Shown here: piece after piece, positions 45,648 to 55,399 of the stretch
Position numbering within the stretch: the stretch's first letter is position 1
Layout: each line of letters opens with the position of its first letter
DNA from: a virus
Length of the DNA: 64,000 bases
Virus record (IMG/VR): IMGVR_UViG_3300037486_000582
Coordinates: 44,578-108,577 of that record
Direction: 5' to 3' (one strand)
Notes under the pieces: generated by a model
Told to the model about the DNA's origin: nothing
Seen by the model: the letters and a program-made list of their open reading frames with translations, nothing else
Database searches by the model: none
Position numbers and translations under genes: made by a program

Positions 45648-45904
45648 TACCTCCTCCGCCCGCCCTGCGCCTTCGTCGGCCCGCCGAGCGCCTTCGCGTC
45701 CCGCATGAGCGCCGCGTGCTCGACCCGCTGCGCTCCGGCCGCCGCGGTCAGTTGCTCGGCCAGTTGACCGCACCCCGCCGCGTAGTCCAGCGTCACACGC
45801 ATCCACGTCTGAAGCGGCATCCCGTTCGCCGCCGCCGCCTGTCGCCAAGACAGCTCCTCCGCCTCGGACATCTTGAGGCTGGTCTGCCTGTCGTAGAGCC
45901 CCAT
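45647..45904 (-). CDS. small ribbon-helix-helix-like DNA-binding protein
   Basis: TSLKMSEAEELSWRQAAAANGMPLQTWMRVTL. Confidence 0.6.
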   Translation of the reverse strand: MGLYDRQTSLKMSEAEELSWRQAAAANGMPLQTWMRVTLDYAAGCGQLAEQLTAAAGAQRVEHAALMRDAKALGGPTKAQGGRRR

Positions 45905-45965
45905 CGCGCTACCTCCACTCCCCTTCCGTTATTGAGCGTCTGTGGGTTTCCTGCAAGGCAGGACG

Positions 45966-47585
45966 TCAGGAAGCAACGCCGTTCGCGAACACGAACCGCT
46001 GGGCGGCGTCCAGCTCGGAGGCAACGTCGTCGGAGTGGGTGATGACCACCACGCAGCGGTCCTCGGCGATCTCGGAAAGGGCTTCGGAGACGCCGGCGAT
46101 GCCAGCCGGGTCCAGCGTATCGAAGACCTCGTCGAACCACATCGTCCCTTGGCCTGTCCCGGCGGCGGCTGCGTGGACCTCGGCAAGCGCGAGCACCATG
46201 GCAACGTCCACACGACGGCGCTCCCCGCCCGAGCATCCCTTGTAGCCGTGGTCGTGGCCGAGCCCGTGGATGTCCAGGGCGATCCGCTCGACCGTCCCGC
46301 CCCGGGCCGTCTCGCTGTCCGACCGCAACGAGATCGCTCCGCCGGGCATCAGGCGGTCGAGCCAGGCATTCGCTACGGCCTCCAGCCCACCGAGCGCCCC
46401 GGCGATGACGTGACTCCTGACACCGCGCAGGCCAAGCACGCGCTCCACGGCTTGAAGCTCGGCCAACCGAGCGTCCGCCGCCGACGCCGCGTCCTCCAAA
46501 TCGAGCAACTCGCCCTCCGCCTCGCGGACCGCCCGCTGCACCTCCGCCGCCTTCTCGCGGTGGTAGCGGTCGCGCTCCTCCCATTCGCGACGGGCGACGA
46601 CCGCGGCCCGGGCCGTTCCGACACGCTCGGCCAGCGCCTGTTGCTCGTCAGCCAGCTCGGCGGCTTCATCGGCCGACGCCCGTGCGCTCTCCTCCGCGGC
46701 GGGCGCGCCAGCCTCCGCTGCTCGCACCGTCTCGGCAGCACCAGCGCCGAGCCGGGCGCGGACCGCGTCGTCCACAGGCTGCGCACACGTCGGACAGTGG
46801 GTCATGGCCTGCGCCCGCTCCACAACCCGCCGCGCATCGGCCGCCTTCTGGCGAAGCGCAGTTGCCTCTGCAGCTGCCGTTGCGCTCGCCCTGGAGGCAA
46901 CGGTTCCGTCCCGCCTGGCTTCCGCCAGCGCGGCTTCCAGCTTCCGCACCTCGGAAGGGGCGGTATGCGGCGGCTCGGCGCCCGGCCCGCCGCCTGCGTC
47001 CACGAGCCGCTTCCGTTCGCCTTCCAACCTTGCCTGCATGGTGCGCACGGCAGACGCGGCGTTCGCTGCTCCCTGACGCGCCTCAGCGATGTCCTTGCGG
47101 CAGGCGTCCAGGCCGATGTCGAAGACGTGGAGGCCGAGCATCCCCTCGACCAGTCGCTTCCGCTCCGCGTCTGTGGCGAGGCTGAAGGACAGGACGTCCT
47201 GCGACGAGAACACGCTCGTCCGGCGCCACGTCTCGAGGTCGCCGACGAGGCTGTCGAGCTCGGCTTGCGCCTTCGTCGCCGTTTCGAACTCCCGCCGGCT
47301 GCCCCCGGGCGGGGCGAAGCGGACCACGTTCGTCTTGTGGTCGCGCACCCGTTCCACCACCGCCATCTCCGTGTCGAGCAGCACGTAGCTTCGGACGCCC
47401 TCAACATGCCACGGCGAGCCACGAAGCGTCTTTCCCCAGAGCGCGGCAGCGACCGCCTCGATGCACGTCGACTTCCCCGCCCCGTTGTCGCCGGTGATGA
47501 CCACGACCCCGGTGTCAGGTAGGTCCAGGGTCACGGCGTCGTGGCCGAGGACGTGGTCCGTCTGGATGCGCCGAACGTGGATCAT
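45966..47585 (-). CDS. SbcC/Rad50/gp46-like ATPase
   Basis: GDNGAGKST, zinc hook CPTC, SGGERRR, WFDEVFD, VITH. Confidence 0.92.
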   Translation of the reverse strand: MIHVRRIQTDHVLGHDAVTLDLPDTGVVVITGDNGAGKSTCIEAVAAALWGKTLRGSPWHVEGVRSYVLLDTEMAVVERVRDHKTNVVRFAPPGGSRREFETATKAQAELDSLVGDLETWRRTSVFSSQDVLSFSLATDAERKRLVEGMLGLHVFDIGLDACRKDIAEARQGAANAASAVRTMQARLEGERKRLVDAGGGPGAEPPHTAPSEVRKLEAALAEARRDGTVASRASATAAAEATALRQKAADARRVVERAQAMTHCPTCAQPVDDAVRARLGAGAAETVRAAEAGAPAAEESARASADEAAELADEQQALAERVGTARAAVVARREWEERDRYHREKAAEVQRAVREAEGELLDLEDAASAADARLAELQAVERVLGLRGVRSHVIAGALGGLEAVANAWLDRLMPGGAISLRSDSETARGGTVERIALDIHGLGHDHGYKGCSGGERRRVDVAMVLALAEVHAAAAGTGQGTMWFDEVFDTLDPAGIAGVSEALSEIAEDRCVVVITHSDDVASELDAAQRFVFANGVAS

Positions 47586-48772
47586 TCGCTACCTCCGGCC
47601 CCGACGTAGCGCCGAGCCTCGGACAGCACCCGCTTGCGGTCGACTCCCGCTGGCAAGTCCATCTCCGCGACGTAGGCGGCGAGCGCCTCGGTCAGCGTCG
47701 CCGCGCTCCTCGCCGCCACGGCCGCTCGGTGGGCACGCCCGGCCGCCTCCTCGACGCTCACGACCACGGTTCCCCGGGCAACGTCTCCTCGCGCCTCGGC
47801 CGACCGCAGCTCCTGCCTTGCGAAGTCCGTCTCACCGGGTGCGGCGTGCCACTCCACGAACAATCGCGAGCCGGCGGCTGCGTGTTCTCGCTGTTCCAGT
47901 GCGTCGGGCAGACCGTCCGGTCCGGACACGCGCACAAACCGCGGCCCAGGCACCTCGACCGCCGAGATGTGCGGCCGGCCGCTGCTGACGAGCAGCATTC
48001 GCCCTCGGTTCACGGTGCCCTGGTCCGACCAGCCCGTCGGAACGAGAGCCCCGATCTGCACGACCGTCGCCCCGCACGGCAGCGCCGCGTCGTAGGCCTC
48101 GTGCCAGTGGCCGGCGAGCACCGCCCGGAAGCCGTGTTCGACGCACAGCGCGTCGAGCAGCGCGACGTCCACGGCGCTCGGGTCGGAGCGCAGGTGCCCC
48201 GGCGTCCCCTGATGTGTGATGCCGAGATGCAGAACGAGCACCCGGAACGGGGCGAGGGAGGCTGTTGACGGGACCCCATCGGTTACCCACTCCGGATGCT
48301 CGTTCCGCACCCCGGCAATCGCCCCCGGTAGCCAGCCGGAGGCCGGCCCGGAGCGGTGCGGCACCATCACGACCTGGATGCCCGTCGACTTGCCCCTGTG
48401 CTCTGGGACAGACAGACTGGGCCGGTCCACCACGAAGCACACCGGACCGAGCGGCCCGAGCGCGTGGTCGCCACGCTCTGTGCTTACGGCGTCGTGGTTC
48501 CCGGGCATGACGTAGACCGGCACGCCGAGGACCCGGCTCTCGTCCAGCACGGTCTGGACCGGGGAGACGACCCTCGGACCTGGGTTCACGCTGTCGAACA
48601 GGTCGCCGGCCACGTACAGCGCGTCGCATCCCTGTTCGCGGGCCTGGCCGCATGCTGCTCTCAGGGTGTCTATGGCCAGGCGGCACCGCTCGTTGAGCCC
48701 GGCCGTCATCGGGCCGCCGAGTCGGCGTGGGTTGCCGACGTGGACGTCGGCGAGGACGGCGATTCGACCCAT
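47582..48772 (-). CDS. SbcD/Mre11/gp47-like nuclease
   Basis: ADVHVG, AGDLFD, PGNHD, AGHWH. Confidence 0.92.
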   Translation of the reverse strand: MGRIAVLADVHVGNPRRLGGPMTAGLNERCRLAIDTLRAACGQAREQGCDALYVAGDLFDSVNPGPRVVSPVQTVLDESRVLGVPVYVMPGNHDAVSTERGDHALGPLGPVCFVVDRPSLSVPEHRGKSTGIQVVMVPHRSGPASGWLPGAIAGVRNEHPEWVTDGVPSTASLAPFRVLVLHLGITHQGTPGHLRSDPSAVDVALLDALCVEHGFRAVLAGHWHEAYDAALPCGATVVQIGALVPTGWSDQGTVNRGRMLLVSSGRPHISAVEVPGPRFVRVSGPDGLPDALEQREHAAAGSRLFVEWHAAPGETDFARQELRSAEARGDVARGTVVVSVEEAAGRAHRAAVAARSAATLTEALAAYVAEMDLPAGVDRKRVLSEARRYVGAGGSE

Positions 48773-48795
48773 GGTGTGTTCCCCTTCCGCTCTGG

Positions 48796-49767
48796 TTATT
48801 GAGCGGTCGGACCGGTGCGTAGGGCGACCAGGTACTCGCGGACGGCGGCGAGGTTCTCTGTGCTGCGGTGCGCCCCGTCTGGAAGGACGCCGAGGTCTTT
48901 GCCCAGGTCCATCAGGGACCAGGCACTGTCCCAGCCATCCTCGAACAGCAAGCGGAGCTTGGCCTTGCGGAACGGGCGGGCCACCTTGTTCTTGACTGCC
49001 TTCACCGTGGACTGGATGCCGATGGCCTCGGCGCCTTCCTTCACGGCTGCTCCGCGCCAGAGCTGAAGCCGCCACGTCATGTGGTGCTTGGTGGCGTTCC
49101 CGCCCTGCGTCGTCGTCGGGTCGCCGAACACGACCCCGATCTTCTCCCGCACTTGGTTGATAATGACGATGGCTGCCCGGCGGTCGCGGGCGATGCGCCC
49201 GAGGACCGGAAGCGCCTGGCTCATCAACCTGGCCTTCTTCCCAACGAAGCCCTGCCCGCCCTTGTCCTTGTCGAACACCGCGCCGTCCTGTCCACGCAAC
49301 TCCGTCGCCGCGAGGCTGTCCCAGACCAAGACGTTTGGTCCGGCCCCGGCTGGAATCACGTCCAGCGTGGCATGGAGCGCGTCGAGCGTCTGCTCCATCG
49401 TCTTCGGCTCCATCAGGATCAGGTCTTCGACCACGACCCCGAACACCGCTGCTCGCTCTACCTGTAGCGTCTTCTCCGTCTCGAGCAACACGCCAACCCC
49501 GCCGGCCCGTTGCGCCGCCGCCAAGAACGTGAAGCCGAGGCTGGTCTTCCCCGCGCCTTCGTCAGCGAAGACTTCTCCCATCCTCCCGATGGGAAGCCCA
49601 CCGCACCCGAGGACGTGCAGGTCGAGCACTTCGATGCCGGTCTGGATGACCTCCCGCACTTCGCTCTGCGACCCGTCGGCGGCGGACCGCGCGAGCTTGG
49701 GGAGCGCCTTCTTGATCGCGGCGCACACGTCCGCGGCGTGCGCTTGCGCCTTGATGGTCTTTGCCAT
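48796..49767 (-). CDS. recA: RecA/UvsX-like recombinase
   Basis: TGIEVLD..LGCGGLPIGR..E, GAGKT, WDSLAA, INQVREKIGVVFGDPTTTQGG, KNKVARPF. Confidence 0.92.
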   Translation of the reverse strand: MAKTIKAQAHAADVCAAIKKALPKLARSAADGSQSEVREVIQTGIEVLDLHVLGCGGLPIGRMGEVFADEGAGKTSLGFTFLAAAQRAGGVGVLLETEKTLQVERAAVFGVVVEDLILMEPKTMEQTLDALHATLDVIPAGAGPNVLVWDSLAATELRGQDGAVFDKDKGGQGFVGKKARLMSQALPVLGRIARDRRAAIVIINQVREKIGVVFGDPTTTQGGNATKHHMTWRLQLWRGAAVKEGAEAIGIQSTVKAVKNKVARPFRKAKLRLLFEDGWDSAWSLMDLGKDLGVLPDGAHRSTENLAAVREYLVALRTGPTAQ

Positions 49768-49778
49768 GTGCGTGTCGC

Positions 49779-50564
49779 CTAGAAGGGCGGCTCGCGGCCG
49801 CCGGCCGGTGTGCCGTCCGCGTCGCCGACCACGTCGCGGGCGACGTCGTCCTGTGCCGTGCGGCCGCCACCGTCGCTGTCCTCTCCGTCGTCGCTTCCGC
49901 CCTTCACCATGCCAACGATCTCCTCCCAGGAGGGAACCCCAGCAAGGGCACGCAGGTTGGGCTGAGCGGTGATCCACTCGTGCTTGCCGAGCGGGCTGCT
50001 CTTACGGGCCGGCATCACTTTGTAGCGGGTGTCCATCTTCCCCGTGCCCACACGTTCGACGATGATGTCGAAGCCGTGAGCGGGGTCGGTGAAGTCGCCG
50101 CCCGCGTCCTCGTCCCGCCGGATGGCGACGAGCGCCTCGTGGACGGTCTTGCCAAACCCAAGCACCTTCGGTCCGGCGTCCTGGTCGGCGCGGTCGATGA
50201 CCGCGCAGAAGACCCGGCGGCTCGCCCAGAAGTCCCGCGCCGCGTCCTGGTCCATCGAGTTCGCGCTGGACCGCAGCTTGTCCGCCTTCATGCAGGCGGG
50301 GCACTGCCGCCGCTCCATCATGCGCGGGCAGTTGAACACGATCGGCTCGCGCCCGGGCAGGTTGATGAAGTGCTGGTAGGTGGTCACGAACGGCGTGTTC
50401 CGCCCGGGCGGCGGCGGGAGGATGCGGATGACGTTGCGTCCGACCTCCAGCTTCATGAACTGGCCGCCGCTCGCCTTCCCGAGCGCGTCGTGCTCCTCTT
50501 CGGCCGCCTCCGGGGTGTACGCCCCGTACTCCACGATGTTCCCGTCTTCCTTCTTTGCTGGCAT
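49779..50564 (-). CDS. T4 gp32-like single-stranded DNA-binding protein
   Basis: KLEVGRNVIRILPP, CP...CPAC, GDFTDP..GFDI.VER.G.G..TRY, acidic tail ending PPF. Confidence 0.8.
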   Translation of the reverse strand: MPAKKEDGNIVEYGAYTPEAAEEEHDALGKASGGQFMKLEVGRNVIRILPPPPGRNTPFVTTYQHFINLPGREPIVFNCPRMMERRQCPACMKADKLRSSANSMDQDAARDFWASRRVFCAVIDRADQDAGPKVLGFGKTVHEALVAIRRDEDAGGDFTDPAHGFDIIVERVGTGKMDTRYKVMPARKSSPLGKHEWITAQPNLRALAGVPSWEEIVGMVKGGSDDGEDSDGGGRTAQDDVARDVVGDADGTPAGGREPPF

Positions 50565-50628
50565 GTCCTTCTCCTTGTCCCTGCCTGGCGTACTTGCCTG
50601 GCTTGTCTCGCTTGCTGCTCCGGGCGTT

Positions 50629-51111
50629 CTACTCGTGGTTGCCCCGATGTCCGAACTCCATGGCCGTTGCCGCCGCCATCTGGTCTCGCAGAACGGGGTC
50701 CGCCCACATCTCAGCGCGGAGCTTCGCACCGAGGCTCTGGATCATGTCTCGCTTCGCGAGCAGCGCGTCCACGACACCGCGCACCCGCAGCCGAGCCGCC
50801 TCCGCCTCGATCCACACCATCTGCGCGTCCTGCACCTCGGTGTCGAGCAACACCTTGGCGTCGACCTCGCCGACCGTCATCTTGCCCTTGTCGAGCCGGT
50901 CCGCCTCCCGAATGGCAAGCGTGGCCCGGGCGCGGTCGGCTTCGTGGTCGGCCTTGGCCAGCATCGCCTTGTGGGTCAGGTCGGCGAGCTGTCCGTTCCA
51001 GTAGGCGAGTTGCCCGGGCAACTCGCAGTACGCCCGGTTCAGGTCCATCGGGTCGATCCGAATCGAATCCTCGTTGAACGTGTCCAGGTCGTTCCGTTCC
51101 TGCTTCTCCAT
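50629..51111 (-). CDS. UvsY-like recombination mediator
   Basis: Helical protein IRIDPMDL...LAYW...DALLAKRDMIQSL next to SSB and RecA. Confidence 0.55.
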   Translation of the reverse strand: MEKQERNDLDTFNEDSIRIDPMDLNRAYCELPGQLAYWNGQLADLTHKAMLAKADHEADRARATLAIREADRLDKGKMTVGEVDAKVLLDTEVQDAQMVWIEAEAARLRVRGVVDALLAKRDMIQSLGAKLRAEMWADPVLRDQMAAATAMEFGHRGNHE

Positions 51112-51128
51112 GGTGTCCTCCGCGCTGG

Positions 51129-53693
51129 TTATTGCGCCGCTGCTCCCGGCTGTTGCCACTCGTCCATGTCGCCGAGCGTCTGCCCGACCTCGACGTCCAC
51201 GCGCAGCGGCACGGCCAGGCTGTTGTGCGCGAGCATGATGTCGAGCGCCCCCACGGCAAGGTCATCCACGGCGTCTGCCCGCACCTCGAACACGACGCTG
51301 TCGTGAACGGTGAGCACAACTTTGGCGGGTAGCCCATCCCGGAGCACCCACTCGACCAGGGAGCAGATGGACGAGAGCATGAAGTCGCTCGCGGTCCCCT
51401 GGACCGGGGTGTTGATGGCGCTGTTCTCCGCGTTGCTGCGCTGGAGATTGTCCGTCGACCGGATGCCGAAGAGCGGCCGCCGACGCGCGTCGGCGCCGTC
51501 CCACCAGGTCCGAGCATAGCCCGTCTTCCTGGTCGACGTGATGCGCTCGTGCATCCAGACGGCGAGGCGCTTCCACTTCCCCATGATCGCGGCGCGCAGG
51601 CGGCTGGCATCCGCGACCGAGCAGCCGAGCCGCTTCGCGAGCCCGCGGTCGGTCATGCCGTACAGAAGCCCGAAGTTGAAGCTCTTGGCCTGTGTCCTGT
51701 GTTTGTCCTCGACGGCCGACGCCTTGATTCCCCAGTACGCCTCGCAAATGAGCTTGGCCGTCGCCAGATGGAAGTCCTCCCCGCTCTGGAACATGGCGAT
51801 CATCACCGGGTCGCCAGACAGGAAGGCGGCGGTGCGCAGTTCGATCTGCGAGTAGTCGGCGTTGAGGATTAGGTACCCGGGCGGTGCCACGAAGCACCGC
51901 TTGATCATCTTGCCCTCGGCCGTGAAGGAGCGGGGTATCTGGTGCAGCGGAGGGTTGACGCACGACAGCCGCCCCGTCTCCGCACCGTCGATCTTCAGCT
52001 CGGGGTGGATGCGGCCGTCCATCCGAACGAACGCGGCCATCTTCAGTCCGTAGTTGGACCGGAGCTTCTCGAGCCGGCGGTACTCGATGATGTCGCCGAC
52101 CACCGGATGGTCGTAGCGCAGCCGCTTCAGCACCTCCTTGTCCGTGGACGGGCGGTCCCCGGAGCTGGTCATGGCCAGCGGCTTCAGCTTCAGCTCGTCA
52201 AAGAGCAACCGCGACACGTCGGCGGCGGAGGCCGGGTTGAACGTCCCATAGGTCGCGAGCCGCCGCGAGACCTGCTCGATCTCCATTCCGAGGTAGGCGT
52301 CGAACTGGCCCATCGCTGCTCGGTCGGCGGCGATGCCCCACCGCTCCATCTGCTCCACGGCGTCCGTCGCCCGGTGCACGATGGACGTCCACACCCGGCG
52401 GATCGGCGGGTCGGCGTCGAGCTGGCGCTCCTCCATGTCTCCGAGCCGGGCCGTCGCCACGGCGTCTCGAGCGCAGTAGCGGTCGCGAACTTCGGGCGGA
52501 ATGAGGGCGAAGGCGAACCGCTTCGGGTCTTCGTCCGGGGCCGCAACGGCGGCGAGCAACGCGGGGTCGTTCCCCTCGAACATCGCCGCTTGCCGGGACT
52601 TCCTGTCTCGGCGCATGTCACGGATGGCCGCCACCGCCTTCTCGAGCCAGGACTCGTTCTCCTCCTTGTGCCCACCCATCCCGACGAGCTCGGCGCACAC
52701 GTCGAGCTTGGCGTTGACGTCGGCACACAGGAGCCGCCGCCAGAGCCGGGTATCGCCGTAGGTCCCGCGTACCTGAACGCCCCACGCCGCGTACACCGAC
52801 TGGTTGTCGCTCTTGATGTTGTGGCCGACCTTCCCGACCGCCGGGTCGGCCAGCAGATCGAGCAGCGGCCGCCGCGTCGCCGGGTCATGGAGCGCGTTCC
52901 TGCTCCAGACGTAGGGCTCGTCTGTGCCAGAGGAGCACACCGCCGCGGTCACGACCTCGAAGAACCGCGTGAACGGTACGCCCGACCACTCCAGGTCGTA
53001 CGCGCACCAGGGAGCCTCGTCCCGGATGTCCGCGACCGCGGCGGCTGCATCGTCCGGCGTCTCGACCAGGTGGTAGCTCGCGGCCCAGGGCGGTCGGATA
53101 GGAACGGGCCGCCGCAGGGCGAAGGCAATGTCGTCCTCGATGAACCGCTGGAGCGTGGGATTCCGCTCCCCGGCCGCCGGGTGCGGAACGAAGAACACGG
53201 GCACGAGAGCCCCATCTGGCATCCGCGTCCAGGCGTAGCCGCTGCGGACGCTCATCACCGGAACCGACCGTCCGACCAGCCCGAGCGCAGCCTCGGCGCC
53301 AAGCGCGATGATGCGCTGCGGTCGAGCCTGTCGGAGTATGCGACGGAGGTACGGGCGGCACTCGGTGATGCTGTTCGCTGGCAGCGACCTCCCCTGTCCC
53401 GGGAAGCACCGAACGACGTTGTCGTAGACGGCTGGACCGGTCCAGTGTCTTCCAACGATCTCACGAAGCGTCTTTCCGCTCTGGCCTACATGCGCGCGGC
53501 CGGCCGTGTCCTCGACCTTTCCTGGGTGCTTGCCGATGAACACGACCCCGCCAGGGGTTCCGTCCGCTGGGAGACAGGGATGGCGCGCGAGTGCGCCGAG
53601 CTTGCACCGCGAGCAGCCACGGTCGATGTCCAGCTCGGCCCCTGTGCTGACGGGGCTGACCGGCTCCTCCGGGTATAGCGGGCGGCTGCGCAC
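51129..53693 (-). CDS. family A DNA polymerase with N-terminal family-4 UDG-like domain (SPO1-type architecture)
   Basis: CSRCKL, IGKHPG, NVVRCFP, IIALG, PHPA; exo YDLE/GHN/YCARD; pol ADYSQIELR, AKSFNFGLLYG, VHDS. Confidence 0.93.
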   Translation of the reverse strand: MRSRPLYPEEPVSPVSTGAELDIDRGCSRCKLGALARHPCLPADGTPGGVVFIGKHPGKVEDTAGRAHVGQSGKTLREIVGRHWTGPAVYDNVVRCFPGQGRSLPANSITECRPYLRRILRQARPQRIIALGAEAALGLVGRSVPVMSVRSGYAWTRMPDGALVPVFFVPHPAAGERNPTLQRFIEDDIAFALRRPVPIRPPWAASYHLVETPDDAAAAVADIRDEAPWCAYDLEWSGVPFTRFFEVVTAAVCSSGTDEPYVWSRNALHDPATRRPLLDLLADPAVGKVGHNIKSDNQSVYAAWGVQVRGTYGDTRLWRRLLCADVNAKLDVCAELVGMGGHKEENESWLEKAVAAIRDMRRDRKSRQAAMFEGNDPALLAAVAAPDEDPKRFAFALIPPEVRDRYCARDAVATARLGDMEERQLDADPPIRRVWTSIVHRATDAVEQMERWGIAADRAAMGQFDAYLGMEIEQVSRRLATYGTFNPASAADVSRLLFDELKLKPLAMTSSGDRPSTDKEVLKRLRYDHPVVGDIIEYRRLEKLRSNYGLKMAAFVRMDGRIHPELKIDGAETGRLSCVNPPLHQIPRSFTAEGKMIKRCFVAPPGYLILNADYSQIELRTAAFLSGDPVMIAMFQSGEDFHLATAKLICEAYWGIKASAVEDKHRTQAKSFNFGLLYGMTDRGLAKRLGCSVADASRLRAAIMGKWKRLAVWMHERITSTRKTGYARTWWDGADARRRPLFGIRSTDNLQRSNAENSAINTPVQGTASDFMLSSICSLVEWVLRDGLPAKVVLTVHDSVVFEVRADAVDDLAVGALDIMLAHNSLAVPLRVDVEVGQTLGDMDEWQQPGAAAQ

Positions 53694-53700
53694 GGCTCCG

Positions 53701-54480
53701 CTACGCGTCCAGACCCATGACTGTGATGGCCCGCCGAACACGCTCGTCGGCGTTCCGGATGCGAGCCAGCACCTGGATGTCGTCCTTGACCTCCAGGCAC
53801 CGGCGGACGATCTCCTCCGGGTCGCGGATGCCGGAGTCGTAGAAGTAGGCAACCACGTCCCGTATCTTCTTCGCCTCGGTCAGCTCGCGCGGCACCCCTC
53901 CCGTGCTCGGCGCGGCGACAGGCACCGCCGGGGCCGGGGCCGGGGCCGGGGCCGGGGCCGGGTCCGAATGCACCGGCGGAGGCGCCGGCTGCTCGACCAC
54001 CGGCGAGGCGGACAGGGAGAAGTCGTCGGCCGGCTCGGGCTCGCTCTTAGCCATCGCTCCGACGTCGTCCTGCACCGTCGCTGCGGTGCCCGCCCCGCGC
54101 CTCCTTGCTGGCGGCTTCCGTGCCGACTTCACCTCGGCGGCGGACGGTTGCTCGGCCGGGGCCGGCGGCGTAGCGGAGGCTGGAACCGCGGCCGGAACGA
54201 CAACCGTCTCGACCTTCGGCTCGCCCGTGTGCAGCACGGCCATTGCTCGGGCCGCCGCCGCCGGAGCGGCCGCCGCCATCACCACCTCCTGCTCGCCCTG
54301 CGGCATCGCGCCCACGACGTGCCCCGGCGCACCGCCGAGAGCAGCGATGAGCACGACCGCCTCGTCCGCGTCCAGCGCATCGATCCAGAGACGGCGGATC
54401 GCGCCATCGTACCCGACGTTCTTCACGGTACCGCGGATCTCCGCGGTCGCCTGGAACCCCGTCACTCTCAGCATTGCCAT
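53701..54480 (-). CDS. hypothetical Pro/Ala-rich protein
   Basis: GAGGAGG RBS; preceded by GCGCAATGAC. Confidence 0.65.
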   Translation of the reverse strand: MAMLRVTGFQATAEIRGTVKNVGYDGAIRRLWIDALDADEAVVLIAALGGAPGHVVGAMPQGEQEVVMAAAAPAAAARAMAVLHTGEPKVETVVVPAAVPASATPPAPAEQPSAAEVKSARKPPARRRGAGTAATVQDDVGAMAKSEPEPADDFSLSASPVVEQPAPPPVHSDPAPAPAPAPAPAVPVAAPSTGGVPRELTEAKKIRDVVAYFYDSGIRDPEEIVRRCLEVKDDIQVLARIRNADERVRRAITVMGLDA

Positions 54481-54502
54481 CGGTCCATCCTCCTCTGTAC
54501 GG

Positions 54503-55399
54503 TCATTGCGCGCCAGCCGCTTCGTTCACCTTCTGCGTCAGCCAAGCCGGGTCCACCGAACCGGGGTCCTCCCCGGGCGGGAGCTTCACCCACGAGGCGG
54601 CTGCTCCGTCAAGCTGCAATCGCATCGCCAGCATCTCGCACTCCAGCCACGCGTCCCCATCGAGACAGCACACGACCGGGCGCGGTGCCCTCCTGAGCTT
54701 TGCTTCCTGTCCCGCGCTCGGCTTGCCCAGCAACGCCACGACGTCCGGCCAGTAGGGGAGCGCGTCGAACGTGCCTTCCACCACCATGACCGGGCGGTCT
54801 GTCTCGACCAGGAGAGCGGCTTCGTTGAAGACCGTGTTGAAACGATCCATCCCCCCGGCCGTGAGGTACTTCGGGATAGCTGGCGGGCACTGACCCCAGA
54901 ACCGCCCTTGCCAGCCAACCCACGTCCGCCTGTCCGCGGCGAGGACGGGAACGACGACACGCCCGCGCGCCCAGCCCCGTAGGCACGCGCCGATCTGCAC
55001 GTCCCGGATGGTCTGGCTGCTGACCCTCCGCCGACGGAGGTAGGCCCGAGCCGCCGCGAGCACCGACGCAGAGTCCCCTGGCGGCTCCCATAGGGGCGTC
55101 CAGTCTTCGGGCGGCCCGAGGTCGGGCGCACCCTCCTCCGGCTCCTCCGCGATACGCGCAGGCGCGTTCTTGTCGCCGGCGCGGAGGTAGCCCCACGCGG
55201 CGCACCGAAAGCAGTGGTACCGCCCGGTGTCGAAGTTGATGCCGAGCGAAGCACGCCGGTCCTGCGTCCCGACTCGCTGAACGCAGAGCGGACACGAGCA
55301 GCGCGCCCATCCCGTGCGCCCGGTGTGGTCCGCAAGCCGGACGGCCCGCCGCACAAGCTCCAGGTCAGCTCCCGGTTCAGAAGAGGTCTGGTAGGTCAT
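54503..55399 (-). CDS. DNA primase (Zn finger + Toprim)
   Basis: CPLC...HCFRC, RVVVP, WQGR, PKYL, VVEGTFDAL, CLDGDA. Confidence 0.88.
   Translation of the reverse strand: MTYQTSSEPGADLELVRRAVRLADHTGRTGWARCSCPLCVQRVGTQDRRASLGINFDTGRYHCFRCAAWGYLRAGDKNAPARIAEEPEEGAPDLGPPEDWTPLWEPPGDSASVLAAARAYLRRRRVSSQTIRDVQIGACLRGWARGRVVVPVLAADRRTWVGWQGRFWGQCPPAIPKYLTAGGMDRFNTVFNEAALLVETDRPVMVVEGTFDALPYWPDVVALLGKPSAGQEAKLRRAPRPVVCCLDGDAWLECEMLAMRLQLDGAAASWVKLPPGEDPGSVDPAWLTQKVNEAAGAQ

Noticed and set aside
50565-50625. Repeated (AG)GCAAG purine-rich leaders (also ~18500 and ~21220)
   Set aside because: Short, degenerate and only three cases; cannot be distinguished from ordinary purine-rich RBS context
53929-53962. 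GGGGCC hexamer run
   Set aside because: Encodes a Pro-Ala linker in 53701..54480; no further evidence of function
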